From NCBI GenBank assembly GCA_964443675.1, contig CAYUDN010000003.1:1-58447 (forward strand): a stretch of DNA of 58,447 nt, in the 5' to 3' direction. The stretch's first letter is position 1; each line of letters opens with the position of its first letter. The notes under the pieces were generated by a model, which was not told the origin of the DNA, ran no database searches, and saw only the letters and a program-made list of their open reading frames with translations. The DNA comes from an uncultured Candidatus Saccharibacteria bacterium. Lineage in GTDB: Bacteria > Patescibacteriota > Minisyncoccia > Phycocordibacterales > UBA5272. Position numbers and translations under genes: made by a program. Of this stretch, positions 7,598 to 18,226 are shown piece by piece.

Positions 7598-10500
7598 ATG
7601 TCATCTTCTAATAATAATCAACCAAAAGATCTTTCTGTTAATGAGAAAGAATTAGCAACACTTCGTTTCTGGGAAGAGAATGCTGTTTTTGAAAAGTCTC
7701 TCAAGACTCCAGGAGGGGGTACACCAAAAGGAACATTTTCTTTTTATGATGGGCCTCCGTTTGCAACAGGGCTTCCTCATCACGGTTCTCTTATGGCGGG
7801 GACAGTAAAAGATCTCATTCCTCGGTATCACACCATGAAGGGAATGTTAGTGGATCGTAAGTGGGGATGGGATTGTCACGGGCTTCCGATTGAGAATTTG
7901 ATTGAAAAGAAGCTAGGTCTCAAGAGTAAAAAAGACATCGAAGAGTATGGTATCGACAAGTTCAACCATGACGCATATTGTAGTGTGCTTGAGTTCGAAA
8001 CAGAATGGAAGAAGATTATTCCTCGTCTTGGAAGATGGGTTGATATGAGTCACCCGTATAAGACAATGGATGCGACCTATACAGAAAGTATTTGGTGGGC
8101 ATGGAAGACGTTATACGAAAAAGGGTACGCATATGAAGGGAATAAAATGATGCATATTTGTCCTCGTTGTGAGACACCGCTTGCACAATCAGAAGTTGGT
8201 CTTGAGTATACTGATGTAACAGATCTCTCCGTGACTGCTGAATTTGAACTTGTTGACGAACCAGGAACGTACGTACTTGCATGGACAACGACTCCATGGA
8301 CACTTCCTGGCAATACTGCGCTTGCATTACATAAAGAGCACACCTATGTGAAAGTAAAAAGCACTTTTGAAGGAAAGGTGAATTATTTTATTCTTGCAAA
8401 GAGTAAGGTTGAGGAGTACTTTAAAGATAGTGAGTCGGTGGAAGTTATCGAAGAATTCAAAGGCGAGAAGCTTGTCGGATTAACGTATACACCACTTTTC
8501 CCATACTTCGTCACAAAAGAACTTGAACATAAGGAAAATATTTGGAAGATCTGGCATGCGGATTTTATTACCGAAGATGCAGGTACTGGCATTGCGCATG
8601 AAGCACCAGCATTTGGTGATGAAGATATGCAACTTGCAAAACTTCACAACATTCCAGTGATTAAGCATGTGAAGATGGATGGAACTTTTACTGATGAGGT
8701 TACTGATTTTGTAGGACTTAAGGTGAAGAAAGCGGGGGATACACAATCAACAGATGTGGAGATTATTAAGTGGCTTGCGCATAATGGGAAGCTTTTTGAG
8801 AAGCATAAGATTATTCACTCCTATCCACTTTGTTGGAGATGCAAAACACCGCTCCTTAACTATGCTACGTCATCATGGTTCGTAGATGTACCGAAGATGA
8901 AAGCAAAGTTACTCAAAGAAAACAGTCTGATTGGATGGACTCCGGAACATATTCGTGATGGAAGATTTGGTAAGTGGCTAGAAGGTGCTCGTGAGTGGGC
9001 GGTGTCTCGATCGAGATATTGGGGTGCACCACTTCCTGTTTGGAAAAATCACGATGGGTCGAAAGTGTTCGTGGTCGGGTCTCTTAAAGAACTTGCGAAG
9101 TACTCTGTTAAGAAACCAAAGAATACCTATTACGCAATGCGTCACGGTGAGTCAGTTTTTAATACCCTTGACCGACTTGATCGATCAGGGGATCCAACAA
9201 ATGGTCTAACTGAAAAAGGTATCGAACAAGCAAAACTGGCTGCACAGAAAGTGAAGGAATATGGCGTTGACCTTATTATCACTTCACCACTTCTTCGCAC
9301 ACAAGAAACAGCGACAGTCATTAGAAGTGTCACAGATATTCCTATTGTTGTTGACGAACGACTTGCAGAATTTAGCTTTGGGGACTACGAAGGAATGAAG
9401 GCAACAGAGTTTAGGGCTATTAAAAGTATTCATGAACATCTTGAGGAGCGAGTACCACATGGTGAATCTTTTAAAGATGTCGCGCATCGCTTCATGCAGA
9501 CAGTGCTTTCCTGTGAAGAAAAGTATGAAGGCAAAACGATTTTGTTCGTGACTCATGGTTCACTTTCGTATATGGGGGTGCATGAAGCAGAACTTGCAAC
9601 CGATGAAGAGATTATTGGTAAGAAACATAAAGAAGAAGGACTTAACATTTACAATGGCCAAGTACTTCACTTTACTCCTCTCCTTGTGCCACGCGATGAG
9701 ACAGGTGCAGTTAATCTCCATCGCCCTTTTATTGATGAGGTTGTTCTTTCTGTTGACGGGGAGGAGTATCATCGTATTGGTGATGTTTTTGATTGTTGGT
9801 TCGAGTCGGGGTCAATGCCGTTTGCGTCACTTCATGTACCATTTGAGAATAACGATCTTTTCAAGGAACGTTATCCTGCTGACTTTATTGCAGAAGGAAT
9901 GGATCAGACCCGCGGATGGTTCTATTCGCTTATCAACCTTGGTGTTGGACTTTTCGACGGCGCGCCATATAAGCATGTGATATGTACTGGTCTTATTAAT
10001 GCAGCTGATGGTAAGAAGTTAAGTAAAAGTCTTAATAATTACACTGATCCACTACTTCTTGTTGATCGTTACGGAGCCGATGCTTTCCGATATTACCTTA
10101 TGGCATCTCCTGTGGTGAAAGGGGAAGGTGTGAACTTTAGCGATAAAGATCTTGATGAAGTGTATAAAAAGAATATTATGCGACTTGATAATGTGGTCTC
10201 TCTTTATCGAATGGGTGAGGGTTCATATGCACCATCAAGTTCTTCTCCTTTACCACTTGATCGTTGGATGATAAGTCGCGTGCATGAACTTGTTGAAGAA
10301 ACAACAAGAGGGTATGACGCTTATAAGCTTGATGAAGCGACGAAGGGTATCGAAGGAGTGATTGATGATCTTTCGGTATGGTATACAAGAAGGTCTCGTG
10401 ATCGATTAAAAGGACTTACTGGAAAAGATGATGAAGCTTATGCATATGGAACACTTCGCTACGTATTACTTACTCTTGCGAAGGTGATGGCACCAGTGAT

Positions 10501-11059
10501 GCCGTTTATAGCAGAGCGTACATATCAAAGTGTAAAAGGGGAGAAGTTGTCAGTACATCTTGATGCATGGCCAGTAGCAGGGTTCGTGGATAGAGAGCTT
10601 ATACAAGATATGAAGGTAGTTCGAGAACTTGTGTCACTTGGTCTTATGAAGCGTACAGAACACAAGGTTACTGTGAAGCAGCCACTACAGTCAGTTACCT
10701 TTACCTGTCAAGTGAAGAAGGAGCTTGTGCCACTTATTCTTGATGAGCTTAATGTGAAAGAGGTTAAGTGTGATGTTGTCCAACAAGAAGAAGTGGTGCT
10801 TGATATGACAATTACCAAAGAGTTACAACAAGAAGGGGATATGCGTAAGCTTATCCGTGCAGTGCAAGAGTTACGTAAAGAAAAAGGGTTACAGCCAAGT
10901 GACATAATCACGCTTATGATTTCTTCACAAGAAGGTCTCGGTGATATGTCGACACTTCTTGTTGCTTGTAAAGTGGGTGGTGTAGTCGTTGACTCTTCTA
11001 CTGTTGGGACACAGGTAGAATTGTCTTCTTCTGTGGTTACGGTTGCAATAAAGAATTAG
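7598..11059 (+). CDS. ileS: isoleucine--tRNA ligase with an inserted histidine-phosphatase domain
   Basis: Start at ATG 7598. HIGH (PHHGSL), CP1 editing region, KMSKS (KLSKSL). About 200 extra residues with RHGES...THG lie between GSLKELAKYS and NLHRPFIDE. Confidence 0.9.
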   Translation: MSSSNNNQPKDLSVNEKELATLRFWEENAVFEKSLKTPGGGTPKGTFSFYDGPPFATGLPHHGSLMAGTVKDLIPRYHTMKGMLVDRKWGWDCHGLPIENLIEKKLGLKSKKDIEEYGIDKFNHDAYCSVLEFETEWKKIIPRLGRWVDMSHPYKTMDATYTESIWWAWKTLYEKGYAYEGNKMMHICPRCETPLAQSEVGLEYTDVTDLSVTAEFELVDEPGTYVLAWTTTPWTLPGNTALALHKEHTYVKVKSTFEGKVNYFILAKSKVEEYFKDSESVEVIEEFKGEKLVGLTYTPLFPYFVTKELEHKENIWKIWHADFITEDAGTGIAHEAPAFGDEDMQLAKLHNIPVIKHVKMDGTFTDEVTDFVGLKVKKAGDTQSTDVEIIKWLAHNGKLFEKHKIIHSYPLCWRCKTPLLNYATSSWFVDVPKMKAKLLKENSLIGWTPEHIRDGRFGKWLEGAREWAVSRSRYWGAPLPVWKNHDGSKVFVVGSLKELAKYSVKKPKNTYYAMRHGESVFNTLDRLDRSGDPTNGLTEKGIEQAKLAAQKVKEYGVDLIITSPLLRTQETATVIRSVTDIPIVVDERLAEFSFGDYEGMKATEFRAIKSIHEHLEERVPHGESFKDVAHRFMQTVLSCEEKYEGKTILFVTHGSLSYMGVHEAELATDEEIIGKKHKEEGLNIYNGQVLHFTPLLVPRDETGAVNLHRPFIDEVVLSVDGEEYHRIGDVFDCWFESGSMPFASLHVPFENNDLFKERYPADFIAEGMDQTRGWFYSLINLGVGLFDGAPYKHVICTGLINAADGKKLSKSLNNYTDPLLLVDRYGADAFRYYLMASPVVKGEGVNFSDKDLDEVYKKNIMRLDNVVSLYRMGEGSYAPSSSSPLPLDRWMISRVHELVEETTRGYDAYKLDEATKGIEGVIDDLSVWYTRRSRDRLKGLTGKDDEAYAYGTLRYVLLTLAKVMAPVMPFIAERTYQSVKGEKLSVHLDAWPVAGFVDRELIQDMKVVRELVSLGLMKRTEHKVTVKQPLQSVTFTCQVKKELVPLILDELNVKEVKCDVVQQEEVVLDMTITKELQQEGDMRKLIRAVQELRKEKGLQPSDIITLMISSQEGLGDMSTLLVACKVGGVVVDSSTVGTQVELSSSVVTVAIKN

Positions 11060-11192
11060 AACACAGATAAGAGACGGACAGACAATAGAAGAAGCAAAAA
11101 GAGTGGCGCCGTAAGGCTCCACTCTTTTTTCAGTATTTTTCTTGCATTATGTGCTACAACACGAGTATACTTTTCTCTAACGTTTAACCCTA

Positions 11193-11747
11193 ATGGCTAT
11201 CGAAAAATATGTAACTAGTGGCATTATTCTTGAATCTTATGATCAAGGAGAGCATGATAAGGTGTATAAGATATTTACTCGTGAATTCGGTCTTCTTCTT
11301 TGTCATGCAAAAAGTGTTCGCAAACTAGAAAGCAAGCTTCGTGCTCATCTTCTTCCGCGATCGATTAGTCTTGTAACGTTAGTGAAAGGGCGCGAGGTTT
11401 GGAGATTGGTGGGTGCAGAAAAAGAAACGGTAGAGATGGGGTATATTCACGAAGTTGTGGCACTTCTTAAACGTTTTGTTCGTGGAGAAGGAGAACACAA
11501 AGAGTTGTATGATCGATTGATGGAGTTCGTTACTACCGCTTCTTCGTTTGATGAAGCAAGTGCACGGTTGCTTCTTTATCTTATTATCTTAATTGATCTT
11601 GGGTATGCAGACAAGACGGTGATAGGGATTACCTCGAAAGAAATGTATACCACAAGTAGTATGCATGATATGTATACTTATCTCATGCTTACTAAAGATG
11701 TGGCACGTACACATGTGCAAAAGGTGTTGAAGGAGATACAGTTATAG
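11193..11747 (+). CDS. recO: DNA repair protein RecO (short form)
   Basis: 184 aa with a RecO-like N-terminal OB fold (GIILESYDQGEHDKVYKIFTREFGLL...KGREVWRLVGAE). Confidence 0.65.
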   Translation: MAIEKYVTSGIILESYDQGEHDKVYKIFTREFGLLLCHAKSVRKLESKLRAHLLPRSISLVTLVKGREVWRLVGAEKETVEMGYIHEVVALLKRFVRGEGEHKELYDRLMEFVTTASSFDEASARLLLYLIILIDLGYADKTVIGITSKEMYTTSSMHDMYTYLMLTKDVARTHVQKVLKEIQL

Positions 11748-11869
11748 GTGGACAGCTTTGCGAGAGGTATGAGGAATGAAGAAGAAAGGTGTGACGCCTT
11801 CGGTGTCGCACCTTTCTTCTCCTTCATACTTCTCTCCTCACTCCTCCTTTCATCTGCTATACTGTTTTT

Positions 11870-13747
11870 ATGAGTTTACCTGAAAAAGAAGAACATAGTG
11901 CACTTGATGCTATTGAGCATGAGTTGTATAACCCAAAGGCTGTTCGTGGCCAGGGGCAGCTTCATAAAGTGCATGCGAATAAACGTTTTGATCTTCCTAC
12001 AACATGGGGAGATGATTCTCCTGTGCTCATAAAAGCAGAAGAAAAAGAAGGTATTTCTTTTGGCGCAAAACTTCTTTTACTTTCAACATTTGTACTACTT
12101 GCCTCACTTTCTTTTACAGCATGGAGAGTGTTTTCTCTTCGTAATATTGTCTCACCAGAAAAGATAGAGATGTCTGCAGAAATTACACCATATATCGAGG
12201 GAGGGGAAACTAACCCTCTTGTAGTAACACTTCGTAACACCAACGCTTCTGCTTTAGAAGAAGGCGCTATTACCTTGTTCTACAAACAAGGTAATGGTTC
12301 TCAGGATGAGCAAGAAAAGATTCAAGAAAAAAGATCTCTTGGAACTATTAAGCAAAATGAATATAAACGGCAAGATTTTTCTGTTATCTTATATGGTAGT
12401 GAAGGTGAAGCAAGGGATCTTGTTGTAAAACTTGAATACAAGGTGCGTGGGTCTAATGCGCTTTTTACTAAAGTTGTTGCTGCACATGTCGTGCTTCGAA
12501 CTCCACCAATTTCTGTTGTGATTGAAGCCCCTAACAAAATTTCAGTAGGGCAAAATACCGATGTTATTTTTACGGTAAAAAATAATTCAGCAACAACATC
12601 GGCACCTTCTGTGCTTATGGCAACCATTCCATCAAGTTTTTCCCTTCAAAGATCTTCTCCAGAGTCGGTGCCACGAACAACTTCATGGAAGGTTGCTTCT
12701 CTTAAGTCTGGAGAGTCTACATCAGTAAAACTCACAGGGGTGTTTTCTGGAAAAGAGGAAGAAGTTGCAACATTTGGGGTAAAGGTTGGGTCAAGAGGAG
12801 AAAGTGAGGGTTCTGTCGGGATCGTCTATTCTTCGCAGTCATCAGATACCGTGCTTCACACTTCTCCTCTTACTGTTGAGGTTAAACTCTCTTTACAAAA
12901 TACTGATACACAGTCGCTGCACTACGGTGATATGAACACTGCTCTTGAGGTTACGTATAATAATAGTAGTAACCAGGTTCTCGAAGATGTTTCTATAACT
13001 TTATCACTTGCCGGGGAAGCTGTCGTATACACATCTATTGATCCAGGTTCTAGTGGGTACTATGATTCTGTCCAAAAAACAATAACTTGGAATAAGGCTT
13101 CGCATCCAGATCTTGCTGTTCTTGCTCCTGGTGCGAAAGGTGTGTTTCAGATAACTATGCCTGTTGTAAGTAAAAGTGACCATTCTCCTTCACTGCAGGC
13201 CTCTGTTAAAGGTGTTGCTTTAACAAAAGCAAGGGAAGAGGTGACTGCTAGCGCTTCAAAGACCTGGGGTGTTCGTGGATCTGCAACGTTGGTTGGTTTT
13301 ACTCAGTATAAAAACTCTCCTTTTGAAAACAGTGGACCAATTCCCCCTCAACCTAACAGAGAAACTACATACACAGTGCACCTGGTTATGACAGCAGATA
13401 ATGCGATTGCCTCCGGGAAAGCATCTTTTGTTCTTCCTGCGTATGTAACATGGAGAAACGTTGTCCGCGAAGGGTCATCGGTTACATACGAGGAAAGAAC
13501 AAGAACAGTAACATGGAATATTCCAAAAGTTCAAGAAGGTGTTAAAGTATTTACTGATATCGGCCTCTCTGTCAAACCTTCTCAAAGTCATGTTGGAACT
13601 TCTCCATCAATTACTTCAAAAATAGTTTTTGAAGCAGAAGAAGAAGTTTCTAAAGCTGTAGTAAAAAGTGTTCTTTCTGCTCTTACTACCTCTGTTAATA
13701 ATGAGTCTTGGGTAGAAAATCCAGCCCTTGTGGTTAGCGGTAGATAG
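11870..13747 (+). CDS. hypothetical membrane-anchored, beta-rich protein (625 aa)
   Basis: Long ORF with one N-terminal TM helix (LLLLSTFVLLASLSFTAW) and Ser/Thr/Val-rich repeats. TATACT lies 6 nt upstream of the ATG. Confidence 0.7.
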   Translation: MSLPEKEEHSALDAIEHELYNPKAVRGQGQLHKVHANKRFDLPTTWGDDSPVLIKAEEKEGISFGAKLLLLSTFVLLASLSFTAWRVFSLRNIVSPEKIEMSAEITPYIEGGETNPLVVTLRNTNASALEEGAITLFYKQGNGSQDEQEKIQEKRSLGTIKQNEYKRQDFSVILYGSEGEARDLVVKLEYKVRGSNALFTKVVAAHVVLRTPPISVVIEAPNKISVGQNTDVIFTVKNNSATTSAPSVLMATIPSSFSLQRSSPESVPRTTSWKVASLKSGESTSVKLTGVFSGKEEEVATFGVKVGSRGESEGSVGIVYSSQSSDTVLHTSPLTVEVKLSLQNTDTQSLHYGDMNTALEVTYNNSSNQVLEDVSITLSLAGEAVVYTSIDPGSSGYYDSVQKTITWNKASHPDLAVLAPGAKGVFQITMPVVSKSDHSPSLQASVKGVALTKAREEVTASASKTWGVRGSATLVGFTQYKNSPFENSGPIPPQPNRETTYTVHLVMTADNAIASGKASFVLPAYVTWRNVVREGSSVTYEERTRTVTWNIPKVQEGVKVFTDIGLSVKPSQSHVGTSPSITSKIVFEAEEEVSKAVVKSVLSALTTSVNNESWVENPALVVSGR

Positions 13748-13800
13748 ACGGTATCGCTTCATCTTCTTAGATATTTTCTAAAATATGATAGAATGCGAAC

Positions 13801-14847
13801 ATGAAGGAAACTACTACTATATCTATTGCTTCAGGTACAATTATTAAGGTTCTTGCATGGGTTGCAGTTGCTGCATTTCTTGTGTATGTTCGTGATTTTT
13901 TGGTTGCGCTTTTGGTTGCGGTTGTGCTTGCGTCAAGTATCGAGGTGCCAGTAAAAGCACTTGCAAAATGGAAGATTCCGCGCACTGCATCAGTCGCAGG
14001 AATTTTTCTCACTCTTATTGCACTTATTGTTGCTACAGTGTTTATTTTTATTCCTCCGCTTGCGGACGATATTGCCCTTTTTATCAAGACACTACCAAAG
14101 ATTCTTGAGTCTGTGCGAATCTTTGGTAAAGATATGGGGTTCAAGGATTTGTCGGTTGCGATCGCAGAACTTTCTCGTGATATTTCTAAAGGTCAAATCC
14201 TAACCATTATTAAGAACACTCTTTTTGGAGCTAGTGGTTTCTTTGCTACTACAACGGTGGTGTTATCTGGTGTTGTTAATCTCATTCTTACCTTTGTTCT
14301 TGCTTTCTATCTTGCGCTTGAAGAAAATGGAGTTCAGAAGTTTCTTCGTCTTGTGGTGCCAAAACATAAAGAAGAATACATTACTGATCTTTGGGCTAGG
14401 TCACAGCGTAAGATTGGGTTGTGGATGCAAGGACAACTTCTGCTTTCGCTTCTTGTTGCACTTCTTGTGTATGTTCCTTCACTTATCTTAAACCTTCCTT
14501 ATGCAGCACTCCTTGCGATACTTGCATTTGTTGGAGAGCTTATCCCAATGGTTGGTCTTACTCTTGCTATGGTTCCTGCATTCTTTATTGCGTGGACTCA
14601 CGGAGGTCTTTCTCTTCTTGGTGTTGTTGCGCTTATTTATTTTGTTATCAGTCAACTCGAGAGCCATGTGTTGTATCCAAAAGTGATGAACAAGATGGTA
14701 GGGGTTCCATCGGTTGTGGTTATTATTGCGATTGTGGTCGGTGCAAAGGTTGCGGGTATTTGGGGAGTGCTTCTTGCGGTACCCCTTGCTTCTATTCTTA
14801 TGGAACTTGCTGATGACCTTAATAAACGAAAATCACATGCAGAGTAA
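13801..14847 (+). CDS. AI-2E family transporter (PerM/UPF0118-like permease)
   Basis: 348 aa, multi-TM, typical AI-2E architecture with a conserved C-terminal region (GELIPMVG...ISQLESHVLYPKVM). Confidence 0.8.
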   Translation: MKETTTISIASGTIIKVLAWVAVAAFLVYVRDFLVALLVAVVLASSIEVPVKALAKWKIPRTASVAGIFLTLIALIVATVFIFIPPLADDIALFIKTLPKILESVRIFGKDMGFKDLSVAIAELSRDISKGQILTIIKNTLFGASGFFATTTVVLSGVVNLILTFVLAFYLALEENGVQKFLRLVVPKHKEEYITDLWARSQRKIGLWMQGQLLLSLLVALLVYVPSLILNLPYAALLAILAFVGELIPMVGLTLAMVPAFFIAWTHGGLSLLGVVALIYFVISQLESHVLYPKVMNKMVGVPSVVVIIAIVVGAKVAGIWGVLLAVPLASILMELADDLNKRKSHAE

Positions 14848-16282
14848 TAAAGCACTTCTTTCTACTGCAATTGCGTATGCAAATGCTGGCCCTCATATTG
14901 GTCATGCGTTTGAGTTTGTTATGACCGATACGATTGCGAGATTTTTACGTACACAAGGAGTGGATCTTTTCTTTGTAACCGGAATGGATGAACATGGTCA
15001 GAAGATTGAAGGAAAGGCTCGTGAAGCAGGTATTGCAACCCAAGCGTTCGTTGATGGTAATGCAACGCTTTTTAAGATGCTTGATGAGGAACTTTCCGTC
15101 GCGTATGATTTTTTTGTCCGAACGAGTGATAAAGAGAAACATCATATAGGCGCAATGTACCTTTGGAATAAATTGTTGGAAGCTGGAGCGCTTCAGAAAA
15201 AAGAATACAGCGCGCTGTATTGTGTTGGATGTGAGGAGTTTAAAACAGAAAAAGATTTAAACGAACAAGGTGAATGTCCTGCACATCTCAAAAAACCAGA
15301 AGAGGTCAAAGAAGAGAACTGGTTCTTTACACTTTCACAGTATACTGAAATGATTAAAGCAAAAATTCATTCCGGAGAGTTGGAGATAATTCCTGATACT
15401 CGTCGCAATGAAGTGCTTGCACTTCTTGATCGCGGACTTGAAGATGTGTCTTTCTCTAGACCAAAAGAAAAAGTTTCATGGGGTATCCCTGTTCCCAACG
15501 ATCCATCACAAGTGATGTATGTGTGGTGTGATGCACTTTCTAATTATATTACTGCGCTCGGGTATGGGACACCTTCTTTCGCAAGTGACTATGCGCTTCA
15601 TATGACACACGTGGTAGGGAAGGATATTGTACGTTTCCATGCAGCGATTTGGCCTGGTATGCTTTTGGCTTCCGGGCTTCCATTACCAAAGAGAATTTTG
15701 GTACACGGATTTATTACCTCCGGTGGACAGAAGATGAGTAAATCACTTGGTAATGTGATTAGTCCGTATGACATACTTGACCTCTTTACTCCTGTATGTG
15801 ATGAGTATGCAGGTGAAGCACTGCGCTTCGTACTACTTCATGAGATCCCTTCCTTTGACGATGGTGATATTACTGTAGAGTCGCTAAAGTCAGTGTATAC
15901 TGCGCATCTTGTAAACGGTATCGGTAATCTTACTAACCGTGTGATCAAGATGGCACAGAATGCCGATGTTACTCTCTCTGAAGAAGAGAAGGTCTCTACT
16001 AAACTTAGCTTTTTACTTAATCAATTTGATGTCAAAAAGGCACTCGAGTATGTAGTGGCTAGGTCCATAGCGCTTGATAAAAGGATTCAAGATGAGGCAC
16101 CATTTAAAGTGATCAAAGTGGACGAAGAGAAAGGGAAGGTAATGATTCATCAGCTACTTCTTGAACTTCTTCAGATTGCTACAGATTTATCAATTTTTAT
16201 GCCGAAGACTTCAGCAAAAATTATTGAGTGTATTAGAGACAATAAAATGCCAGAAAAGCCTCTTTTTGGAAGACTTGTGTAG
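14837..16282 (+). CDS. metG: methionine--tRNA ligase
   Basis: Start at ATG 14837, overlapping the upstream stop by 11 nt. HIGH (AGPHIGHAFE), KMSKS (KMSKSLGN). Confidence 0.9.
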   Translation: MQSNKALLSTAIAYANAGPHIGHAFEFVMTDTIARFLRTQGVDLFFVTGMDEHGQKIEGKAREAGIATQAFVDGNATLFKMLDEELSVAYDFFVRTSDKEKHHIGAMYLWNKLLEAGALQKKEYSALYCVGCEEFKTEKDLNEQGECPAHLKKPEEVKEENWFFTLSQYTEMIKAKIHSGELEIIPDTRRNEVLALLDRGLEDVSFSRPKEKVSWGIPVPNDPSQVMYVWCDALSNYITALGYGTPSFASDYALHMTHVVGKDIVRFHAAIWPGMLLASGLPLPKRILVHGFITSGGQKMSKSLGNVISPYDILDLFTPVCDEYAGEALRFVLLHEIPSFDDGDITVESLKSVYTAHLVNGIGNLTNRVIKMAQNADVTLSEEEKVSTKLSFLLNQFDVKKALEYVVARSIALDKRIQDEAPFKVIKVDEEKGKVMIHQLLLELLQIATDLSIFMPKTSAKIIECIRDNKMPEKPLFGRLV

Positions 16283-16332
16283 CACTTTGTTTTGTTGTAG
16301 TGTTTAGTAAGGCATGTTTTAGGAGTAATGCT

Positions 16333-16851
16333 ATGATTATAGGTGATGAGAATGATGTAGCAAGGTGGCGACGTATTGCTCGTCACAATGATAGGGAGAT
16401 CTTTGGGTTCTTTGGAGAATATCTTTTCCTCTCGAACTTTTATCTTGTAGAGACATCATATGACCGGCGAGTCTATCCTTCTGCTGAGAATGCCTATCAG
16501 GCAGCAAAATTTCTTGATAAGGATAGGGGATATTTTTCGACATGCAGTCCTTCAGAGGCAAAAGTAAGAGCTCGTGAACTTAAACAAACGATCGGTTACT
16601 GTTCTTTTTTCCTTCACGATAAAAGAAAAGTTATGGCTCAAGTAGTACAGAGTAAGTTCCGGCACAACAAAGAGCTTTCTCGGTTACTTCTTGCAACAGA
16701 GGGTTGTCTTCTTGTGAAAGCTAACTGGTGGGGTGATACCTACTGGGGTGTTCACGTTGATGAACAGGGGAATGAAATAGGGGAAAACATTCTGGGAAGA
16801 ATTTTGATGGGCGCTAGAGCGCATTGTCGCTTTGGAACCTGGACTTCTTGA
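16333..16851 (+). CDS. NADAR family protein (YbiA/DUF1768-like)
   Basis: Start at ATG 16333 behind TAGGAG. Motifs FLSNFY, SAENAYQAAKF, WGDTYWGV. Confidence 0.75.
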   Translation: MIIGDENDVARWRRIARHNDREIFGFFGEYLFLSNFYLVETSYDRRVYPSAENAYQAAKFLDKDRGYFSTCSPSEAKVRARELKQTIGYCSFFLHDKRKVMAQVVQSKFRHNKELSRLLLATEGCLLVKANWWGDTYWGVHVDEQGNEIGENILGRILMGARAHCRFGTWTS

Positions 16852-16912
16852 TGGAGGCGCTTCGGTAGAAGCGCCTTTTGTTTTTCTTCTATTGTGCGTT
16901 ATTATTATCTAC

Positions 16913-17758
16913 ATGACATACGCTTTTTTTGATGCTCATGCACATATGCATGATCGTGCCTATCGTGAGGATGTAGAAGCTGAGCTTGCCAAGATGAAGG
17001 CGTACGGTGTTGGAGCAATTACTGTTGGTACCGATCTTGCATTAAGCAAAGAAGCAGTTGCTCTTGCAGAGAAGCATGATCATCTCTATGCAACCATCGG
17101 ACTTCATCCAGCAGATAACGTGCTTGAGACTTTTGATGAAAAAGCATTCGAAGCGCTTCTTGCGAGTAAGAAAGTTGTGGCGATTGGTGAGTGCGGGCTC
17201 GACTATTACTACATTGATACATTTTTTGAAAAAGACAAAGAAGGGAAAGGGATTTCTCATAATAAAGATAGAGAAGCGGATCGACAGCAGGAAATTTTTG
17301 AACAGCAGGTTCATTTTGCATGTTCCCATAACTTACCGCTCATGCTTCACGGCCGTCCGAGCAAAGGAAGCATGGATGCGTATGAGGACATGCTGTATAT
17401 TTTGGAGAATCTCAAAAAAGAGTATGGTACAAAGTTGCGAGGCAATGCGCATTTTTTCGTAGGGACGATTGATATTGCGAAGCGCTTCATCGATATTGGC
17501 TTTACGGTGAGCTTCTCTGGAGTGATTACCTTTTCTCGAGATTACGATGACGTGGTGAGATATGTTCCTAAGACAATGCTTCTCGCAGAAACAGACAGTC
17601 CATATGCAACCCCATCTCCTTTTAGAGGGGAACGCAACACTCCGATGTATGTACAAGAGGTAGTAGCTAAGCTTGCGGTGATTCGTAATGAGCCTTTTGA
17701 GGAAGTAAGAACACAGGTCCTTGAAAATGTTAAGAGGGTATTTGATTTGACACTTTAA
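16913..17758 (+). CDS. tatD: TatD family hydrolase
   Basis: Start at ATG 16913 (FFDAHAHMH), followed by IGECGLDYYY, MLHGR and ETDSPY motifs. Confidence 0.85.
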   Translation: MTYAFFDAHAHMHDRAYREDVEAELAKMKAYGVGAITVGTDLALSKEAVALAEKHDHLYATIGLHPADNVLETFDEKAFEALLASKKVVAIGECGLDYYYIDTFFEKDKEGKGISHNKDREADRQQEIFEQQVHFACSHNLPLMLHGRPSKGSMDAYEDMLYILENLKKEYGTKLRGNAHFFVGTIDIAKRFIDIGFTVSFSGVITFSRDYDDVVRYVPKTMLLAETDSPYATPSPFRGERNTPMYVQEVVAKLAVIRNEPFEEVRTQVLENVKRVFDLTL

Positions 17759-17813
17759 GCAGAAACATTGTATTCTTGTGGTAGATGTTCAACTTCCTTA
17801 AAGGGGTGACAAA

Positions 17814-18134
17814 ATGGCACGAAGAACAGCTGTTGCCACAGTCCACCTGTATGGGAAGATTGTGGAACTAAAGACCGATAAGTCTCTTGTTAAGATCGGC
17901 ATTCGCGATGCTTGCATCTTTGCAAGAGAAAAGGATAAAGGCATCGCTTTTATTCCTATTGGCAAGCGTCGCCTTGTCGTGGTCCGTAACCACGAAATCC
18001 TTGCGGTGTATATAAGACCGCGCATCAAACTTTTCCTCGCTCTTGGTAGAGGAGAAGATATCACTGATGAATTCCTTGTATCTCTGCGACCGAAGTATTT
18101 TTATCGTCCGGATATGCAAAGAAAAGAATCATAA
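17814..18134 (+). CDS. hypothetical protein (106 aa)
   Basis: ORF with AAGGGG upstream and a terminator hairpin GACTTGC...GCAAGTC plus T-run downstream. Two antisense ORFs overlap it, so the coding strand is not certain. Confidence 0.45.
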   Translation: MARRTAVATVHLYGKIVELKTDKSLVKIGIRDACIFAREKDKGIAFIPIGKRRLVVVRNHEILAVYIRPRIKLFLALGRGEDITDEFLVSLRPKYFYRPDMQRKES

Positions 18135-18226
18135 GAAAGAGACTTGCTAGAGGAAACTCTGGCAAGTCCTTTGCTTTTTTTTTGTAGAAAAGGTATGCTT
18201 CTTTTAGACTTTTATAAGGAGTGACC

